Positions 53,201 through 62,343 of a stretch of DNA of 64,000 bases are shown piece by piece. The position numbers were made by a program, and so were the translations under genes. Each line of letters begins with the position of its first letter. The stretch's first letter is position 1. The stretch comes from Aplysia californica (Eukaryota): NCBI RefSeq assembly GCF_000002075.1, contig NW_004797274.1, forward strand, positions 550,832 through 614,831, in the 5' to 3' direction. Below the pieces are notes generated by a model, which worked only from the letters and a program-made list of their open reading frames with translations, had not been told where the DNA came from and ran no database searches.

Positions 53201-55315
53201 TGCTGCTGTTGGTTTTGTTTGTTTGTTTTTTTGTGGTGGCTGTTTTTTTTTGTTTTTGTATTTGCTGTTAATCCTGTGGCCTCTTGATTTGTGTTGTTGT
53301 TATTGCTGTTGCTGCTTTTTTTGTTTTTTTTATTGTTGTTAATCCAGTGGCGTCTTGAGTTGTGTTATTGCTACTGTTTTTGTTTTTTTGTTTTCAACTG
53401 TTGATCCAACTGCGTTTTTGTCTAGAGAGTGGTTGTCAAAGTCATGGTGAGGCGTGCTTTTTTAAAAACGTTTTTTCATGGTTGCTTTTTTTCTTTTCTA
53501 AGATAGATTACTAACACAGAGATAATGATAGGCAAATGATTCCATGATATATTCACTACTAGTACATGACAAACTCCTGCAGCAAGGATCCCTTCCTCAC
53601 ATGAAAGATGGGAGAATACAGATAAACTACTTCAAATAACAAAAGTCAGGATCTTAAGATGTGACTTTATAAGAGATCAACTTTACACCCAGGAAAAGGT
53701 AGTATAAGGTCACAGACAGTGGAAATGTAAAGGGAAGACCAGCTCAACATGAAAGATATAACAATAGAAAAACATAACAGTATGGGCACATAGTCAACCG
53801 CTTAAAGAGATACAAGATGACTCAATAAAGAGCTGATCATTGATTCTTTCCTTTTTCTTGCAGTGACCGACTTTTTTGTCATTCCCTTTCACACGGTTGT
53901 CCACAACACCATTCTCACATATGAAGACCAGCAGTGCACAAACACTATCTTCTGTAATAACAGAAAAATAGCTTTTCTCGTCCTTATCTGTTCCTTGTGC
54001 AACCTAATGAGGTATTTATTGTGAGAGCTCATTATAGACTATAGCTCAGCTGCAGTTGTTTTTCATTACTTTTTTTATATAGTGTTGATGTTTTCTCTGT
54101 TCAGCTTTTTAAAAGTAAAAGAGATATTGAAATGGTAGTAAACTGCTGTAGAAACAAGACTGATCAGATTCCTTTCATATTTCCATGACTGTAGTCTTAA
54201 AGCATGGTAACAGGTCATACATTTTTATCAATGAAAACCTAAAAAAAAAATAAGATCATTTTTTTCTAATCTACTGTTGTTTAAGCAAAGTTTGTTTCTC
54301 GTTTTTTTAAGATATAGACCTACATGTAGCCTACCTGAGATTTGTGGCTTCTAAAATTCTTGACAGACTACATTTGAATCCCCCCCCCCCCCCCCACATT
54401 TTACAGCTGTTCATGGATCCGTTTGCTAGAGAGAAGGACTATTCTATGCCAGAGTTTAGGCTCAAAAATCATTAAATTGACAAATAGAATTTGGCACTTC
54501 ACCTTTACACATAATTGCTGCTTCTCTTGTTCTACCAGTGAATTGTCCTGTTGGGAAGGAAGACATTAATGGTGCGTGCAGGGAGTGCCCTATCGGCTAC
54601 TTCAAGATTACAGTCGGCACTGGCAGTTGTGAGAAATGTCCAGATGGGTTCATCACCAACTCCACAGGGTCAACAAGTTCGACAGACTGTGAGCTCAGTA
54701 AGTTTTTTTCTATGAGTTTAGGCTTTCTGTGGACAGGGGTGTCAATAGTCCAGTGGTTAGGCTACCGGACTCGCAATAGTGAGGTTGCAAGTTCAGGGAT
54801 TTGAGTCTCAGGCCCGATGTTGGGTCATTGTGAAGGGCATTTTACACAAACTTTCTTGACTTCACCCAGGTGGGAATGGGTATTCAGCCATAGACAGTGA
54901 AAGATCTTGTCAGTATGTTAGTGTTTTAGCACGTATAAGTGGCAGCTTGCACTGTATGCATCCAAGGAAGTTGAGATAGTTTCAGAATGCTTTCAGGTCT
55001 GCTAGGGTAATAATATAGGTTGTAAAGTGTATAGAGCTTGCTGTTGAGTGGGGAATTTGAGCTATACAAATGTTTTATATTATTATTATTAAGTGGTATT
55101 GAAAGAAGCAGACTTTCAACTATAGCTTCTGTTCTCATTCATTAGTACTTTGGTGTTCGAAATTTGTAACATGACAGAGACTTTTGTCATTTCTGTAATT
55201 TTAAAGGTGCATAATAATTCATATCTACTGCCTAGTATAAGACTCTGCTGTAGGTATGATGTATGTATGATCGAGTCTTACACTGAGCTGTTGATATGCG
55301 TACACATGCAAATTT

Positions 55316-55369
<54 letters not shown>

Positions 55370-58300
55370 TGGTATATATATATAACAATATTCTTTTNNN
55401 NNNNNNNNNNNNNNNNNNNNNNNNNNNNNNNNNNNNNNNNNNNNNNNNNNNNNNNNNNNNNNNNNNNNNNNNNNNNNNNNNNNNNNNNNNNNNNNNNNNN
55501 NNNNNNNNNNNNNNNNNNNNNNNNNNNNNNNNNNNNNNNGGTATATAATATACTGAGGACCTGCCATACTTACAAGTTAAAAAAAATTATATTGGTATTT
55601 GGTATTTTCACCCCCCATCGACACAATTAAGATCATCTTACAGGTTTCACAACCACAGAGAAATAAACAATACTTGTTAACAAAGTTACTGCTATACATG
55701 TAGCTACAAAACGCCTTTTACTTAATTAAGTTAAAAAAAGATTAACTCATTGTCTTAATTGCTTCCCTGTTTTTATATGAGTCGAAGAATTAGAAGGGAG
55801 CATAGAGAGAGAAATGTTCAATATGTACTGCTTGCTCAATGTATTGTGTTTGAAGGGATATTGTGTTCAAGTTTCCATATAAATCAAAAAAGGATTGAGG
55901 GGAGGGTGGGTTTTTTTTTATGTGTATGATGGGTTTTTCTTACCTACCTTTTTTTGTTATTCCTATGCTGTCATTCTTTCTTCTTTCTGTCAAGGGCAGG
56001 CTCTTCTTTTTTGTCACTGTACAACTTTTCAGTCTTTTAGACTAAAAAAAATTATAATTGGCACTCGCTCTCTTTACAAATGCACTTGGCTGTGTTTTTC
56101 TGAATTCTTATGTAATTATTATCTTATCTTTCCTTACTTACCTTATCTTACCTTTCCTTACCTTACGTTACCCTACCCTACCCTACCCTATCTCACTTCA
56201 CCTCACCTCACCTCACCTCATCTCTTCTCATCTCACCTCATCTCATCTCATCTCATCTCATCTCATCTTTTCTCTTTCCCTGCACTAAATAAGTGTGCTT
56301 CTCTTTACTTGAACAAACAAACAAACAAACTTTGTCAGGTGACTGCCAGCCCGGCACCTACAGAGACACCAGGTCCACGTGCCAGCCCTGTCCTTACGGT
56401 CAGTTCCAGCCAGCAGAGCGGCAGGATAAATGTATAGACTGCGCAACTGGGACCACCACCCTGCAAACTGGGGCTCGGCTCTCTTCTCAGTGTGTCTGTG
56501 AGTAGTACAGTATTTTATTTTTCAAATGAACTGCCAGGGTGTAACAGTGTCACACCACCTCTTAACCAACCCAGCTCGTAGTGACCTGCATAGTGTCTGT
56601 CTACCAGCCTCCCCAGATGTCGGAAATATTCCATACAGCGGCAAAAAGCAGCTGATAAAAACCTGTAAATTCTTTGCCATATCGACAGGCCTAAGGGCTT
56701 AAATTCAGATGCCTGCCGGATCTGAAAAGTAAAGTAAAGTATCTCTCAAATGGTAGACAGTATTTTATCCCTTGGACAATAGAATAGTATTTTTATCTAT
56801 TCGGTGATAAACCCTAAGTAAAGACTTTTAAAATGGACGCTGCATAGTTGCAATCAGCAATGGTATGTTTGTAAAATTGTCTAGTTTGGGGTGATATTGT
56901 GCGTTTGGTAACTTTGACTGAAAAATATACTTTGTGTGTATATATGTATGCTTAAATATATGTGTGTATGTGTGTGCATGCGTGCATGCATGTGTGTGTG
57001 TGTGTGGCGNNNNNNNNNNNNNNNNNNNNNNNNNNNNNNNNNNNNNNNNNNNNNNNNNNNNNNNNNNNNNNNNNNNNNNNNNNNNNNNNNNNNNNNNNNN
57101 NNNNNNNNNNNNNNNNNNNNNNNNNNNNNNNNNNNNNNNNNNNNNNNNNNNNNNNNNNNNNNNNNNNNNNNNNNNNNNNNNNNNNNNNNNNNNNNNNNNN
57201 TCTAACTTTAATTCCCCCCCCCTCCCCCATGGATAAGAAAAGTGGACATTTTTTTGTGCTATTTTTTTAAAAACAGTATTTTATCTCATTGATGATAAAC
57301 AGTATTTTGTCTCTTTGATAATCAACAGAATTCTTTCTCATTTTCATTGTTTATAATAAACTGTACTTTATCTCTTTCATAGTAAACAGTTTTATTTCTT
57401 CAACAATAAGAGTACGTTTTTGGCCAGCTAAATGATCACCCAGTATTGTTGATGGCTGTGTAAAATATAAAATGAAAGTGATTAATGATTGTCTTGAATG
57501 TTCTTCTTTCTTTCTCAGTGGACTGTGAAGTGGGAAAGGAGCTGTCTCCCACTTTAGACGAGTGTGTCCCTTGCCCTCAGGGGTATTTCCGTGACAAGAG
57601 CTCGCCGTCCCAAACAGCTTGTGTTGTTTGTGCTGTAGAATTCATTACTGCTACCACAGGGAGTGACGAGGCTTCTGACTGCAATGTCCGTAAGTATTCC
57701 TCAACTCTTTACTGTTGTAATGTTGTTCTCAATCCTGCAGGAATTAATTTTTGAAACTACTGTAATTATTAGTCTAATTGTCCCAGACGTGCTTAAAACT
57801 TGTCTCCTTTTTTCTTCTTTCATCTAAATTTAAATGGAAATTCAGTTAACGATCACAGTTGCTGAAAACATGATTGTTATTAGATGAAAACTACCTGGAA
57901 TGCATGTTTTGACACATTATTACACTTTTTGTGAATTGAGGATAGTGTCATTGCTCCACGTACCGGTCTGTGGAACCTGCTCTAACAGCCACTTGTCCAA
58001 GACAATCACCTGTACAAACAACCAGTTCCTACTTCCCTCTTTGCATTTTTTCAATACTAAAATGACATTGTCCAAGATGACCACCCATCTAAAACAACCA
58101 GTTTTTCCTGTTGACAACATATGGCTGATTGACTGAATGTTTCTTGGTCTCTGTTATCTCAGGCAACTGTACTAGTCCTGGCCAATTCCGCAATGCTGCC
58201 ACAAATGAGTGTGTGGATTGCCCGCTTGGCTCTTACAACAGCGAGAAGTGGCAGGATGAATGTACCTCATGTCAGACTGGCTTCACAACTAAGAGCACTA

Positions 58301-61300
58301 GGAGAGAGACGGAAGACGAATGTTATCGTGAGTTGACTTTCTCATTGCTGTAGAGAATGCTTTGCATGTTTCAATTTTACACCCCTCTGGATTTTGTATT
58401 GCTGTTTCATTTTTTGAACGAGTATTGGCTTAAGGTTTTGCTTTTTAAACCAAATCTATCGACTGTTGTATAAAGTTACACATACAGTTTGATTCCAGAA
58501 AACTTTAGGACCGTATCTTCTCTCATAACAATAATCTCAAAAGCGTCACTACAAATTGTTGCTTATGATTCTTGTAGTTCTTCATCAGTTCTGAAAAATC
58601 TCACTTTCCTTTACCAAGTTTCCATGGCAAAACATTTCTATTCTTTGTCTTTGATTTCTAGAGAATTATTCACACTCTTAGGTTTGAATCTGTTCCTTTC
58701 AGGCATTTGCCCATCAGGTCAGCAGGTAAATGAGGCTACCAATCAGTGTGAGGACTGTGGCCTGGGCTTCTACAGGGATGCTTCATCCTCTTGGAATTGT
58801 CAGGAATGTCCAACGGATTTCACCACCGCAACAGCACAGGCAACCTCTTCTGATGATTGTAGCATTTGTGAGTATTGAAATAATATAGTATCTATCTAGC
58901 TTAAAGAGTTTGCTTTACTTCCATATTTCAGTAGAAATTCCAAGCATAATTTTGTGTATGATTTTCAGTGAAATCCTCTTTTACAGTGTCGTTCAAAAAA
59001 ACACTTGAAAATGTGTTCATCCAGTCATCTCAGAAAATCATTGGACTACCCAAGGTTTTAACATGACGATTGAATTTTAAAGGTTTTTTTGGACGCCACT
59101 GTATAATAGCAGGTGTGTGTTGGTACTGACATGTTCTATTTTCACATAGCTTTTCCTGAACCTTCCCAAAAATCCTATGAATGTTGTTGTTGTATCTCCA
59201 GCCTCATGCTCTGCGGGTCGCTTCTGGAACTCAACTTTATCTGTGTGTGAGGATTGCCCATTGGGAACGTACCAGTCGACGGCGGGCAGCTCTAGCTGTG
59301 AGAACTGCCCACAATTCCAAGTCACCATACAAGTTGGGTCCACAGCCAGCTCACAGTGCCTAAGTATGCAGATATTATATAATGCAACATTTCTATTCTT
59401 TTTGTGTTTTGGCTACTTTTTTCAGCTATAATAAGTAGGCTTGAGAGCTTCCTTCCATGTGGTGGAATTTTGTGCATAAATTAAAATTCACCAATATATA
59501 ATTTAAGTTCATGTTCCGTAAAGTAGTGTTACCTATGGTTTTGCTAGTGCTTGAGAAATTTCAGGTCATCAAATTTGTAATCACACACAACCTGAAACTA
59601 TACTCAAATTATATGATCTTCTGATAGAAGAAAGATTGCACTGTGAACCCTACATTTTGTACAAATATAGTCTTTATGGAAAGTTTATTTTATGTTAACT
59701 AGCCTTTGGATGTGTAAAGAATGAAGATAGTAAACATCTTAGTTTTGGGTATACATAGGCCTTATTTATAATATGTACCGTCCGAGTCATTCCACAAGCG
59801 CTTATACCCTTTTATTTTTAACTTTTGAGAAAATTAAAGATAAAGAGAGCACCCAAAGCAGAACCATGACTTTGGCACTTGTTACTGCTTAGTCATAAAT
59901 AAGGAGGAATTAATGACACAGAATGAAACAATATTGTAAGATCCCCTTTGATGTCTTAGTTTGATTAACAGCTTTATGTAGATACCCACAGAAACTGACT
60001 TAAACAAATGTAGAATGATGCTCCCAATATTTCATTCAATGTGTATTGTATTTTTGTGTGTTATTCTTTCATTTATAGCTAAGTGCGCTGCTGGAAGCCA
60101 CTCTTGCTCTGCAAATGCCGACTGTGAAGACACTGACACGGGAGGAACTACTTGTACCTGCAAGTCTCGCTACCAGGGTGACGGGGTAGTGTGTACACGT
60201 AAGTCTCTACACAGAAAGCTCAGAGAGGTTGTTTTGTTTGTGTGCTTGCTACAGCCTATTGAGAATGCAATATACATATTTAGATCCAACATTCATAAAT
60301 CATAAATTGAAATTTGATTATTTTGTAGTATGCATGTTATTGTCTGTCTTCTTTGGTTTGAGATAAGGAAAACAGAATTTTTAAAATCTGTATATATGAA
60401 TAAGAAAGTTATGCTTCTTTTTTTTTTTTCTTTAGATGTTTCAAAACAGTGCTGCTTCTAGTAGCAACCTCAGAATTATAAAGTTCTATATGCTCAATAC
60501 TTAGTTTTGAGAAATTTGAAGTCAACATTATTTAATTTCATGATATGTCAAGCTTTTTCATATGCAATTCTTTGAATATCTTGATAACAACACCTAATAT
60601 TCTTACGATTTTGATAGAGACGTCGTGATCTTAGTAACTCAAAACTATGTAATTCTGAGGTAGTGAAGTGTTGTTGAATGACCAGAATGGGTGTGTTGTC
60701 AATGGGTTTATGCTTAGTTTAAGGAATGTTATTCCACATTTGCAATCCTATTTCTCAGCATCACTTTCTTCCCTATAACTTCTCTCCTGTTTATCAAATT
60801 TGAATACAAGAAACACCAATTACTGGGTAGAAATGAATGTCGAATGCTATAATTTTAAGATACTGTGTTGATTACAGAAGTAATGGATTTGCTGGTGTTA
60901 CGTAGTTATTGTTTTTTTAATAACTGTAAACAATGAGTAACACGAGTGTGCTAACCGAACTGGTGCCCGGTGTGCAAAGTGTTGAATTATTCATATATTG
61001 TTACTGAATATTTTGCCCTTTCTCTCACTTTACACAACAGATTTCTGTGACTTGCCTGATCCGTACTGCTTGAATGGCGCAACATGCTCCAAGGATAGCT
61101 CTGTTGTGTGCTCTTGTACGGAGGTTTACACTGGGATCCGTTGTGATATTAGGAAACGTATGTTGATCTGATTTTTCTTTTTGATTTTTAATTTCATTTT
61201 TTAATGTAAGGTTATTTACACCCCCAGCAAAAAAGTTTAGATTATTTAGGAGGCAGGCTTGTCAGGAACAACCTGGGCTGAGAGGGATACAAGGTGCTAG

Positions 61301-62311
61301 CAGAAAAATCAAGATATTCCATAAAATTTCTGTCCTGGTTCTACATGGACAACTAAAACAATGCACGCTACTCAAACACGCACTCACACATTTTTCATTT
61401 TAAAAAAGAATAAGCACATTTTTTATCTTCCCTCGGTTGTCAGTATGGTCTGCAGGTCAGCATTTCATCATAGAATAAACACAGGTGCCTATAGGTATGA
61501 GCTGAGTTGTGCCCCTTGAAATCTGCCTTACAACTCGGTCTGCCTAAGAACCTGTTATTTTTTTTCATGTCTCTCCATGAAAAGGCTCTTAGGTGGAGAT
61601 AACTATAATATGTGTCACGTCGCAGTGGAATCAGGCACTCGTCTATTTTTAGGCACATAGAGATATTGATATGACCTTAAAGCTTGTACATTTGTCTTGC
61701 TTTCGATGAAAAAAAACCCGTCTATCTTAAATAGAAGTTATAAGTACATTTGCAATTGAAGGGGGTGGATGTTGCCTAATTCCAGTGGCAAAATTAGCAA
61801 AAAAATGGCCTTCAAAGTTTGATGACCTTCAAAGCTTGAGATTCCTTAAAAATTGAAAATGTTGGGGTCTTTAAACAACATTTTTCTGTAGAAATCTGCA
61901 CAGAATTTTAAGCCAACTAACAGAAATTCAATAAAGATTGCCATACTGGCAGAAAAATGCTAGTTTCTTCGATTTCATGATTTTCACTAGAGCCTGATTT
62001 CACAACAATACCTCACATGTAATTATATAACACTTATATACTGATTAGAAAATAAAGGGGAAGACCATGTGGAACCTGGAGAAGAGTCACAGAAATGGAT
62101 GTACAGGAAAGAGGGAAGACATGGAATTACATCCAGAGGCTAGCCAAGGTTACGGAAAGGTGGAAAGTGTTTGTTTGTGGCCTATACCCCCTGACCTAGG
62201 GTGAGAAAGGCAATGATGATGATTCTTTTTTTTTCTCTCTTTGTGCTCTTCAGCGTCTGAGTTGTGTTTGTTTGTAGCCTATACCCCCCCTGACCCAGGG
62301 TAAGAAAGGCA

Positions 62312-62343
<32 letters not shown>

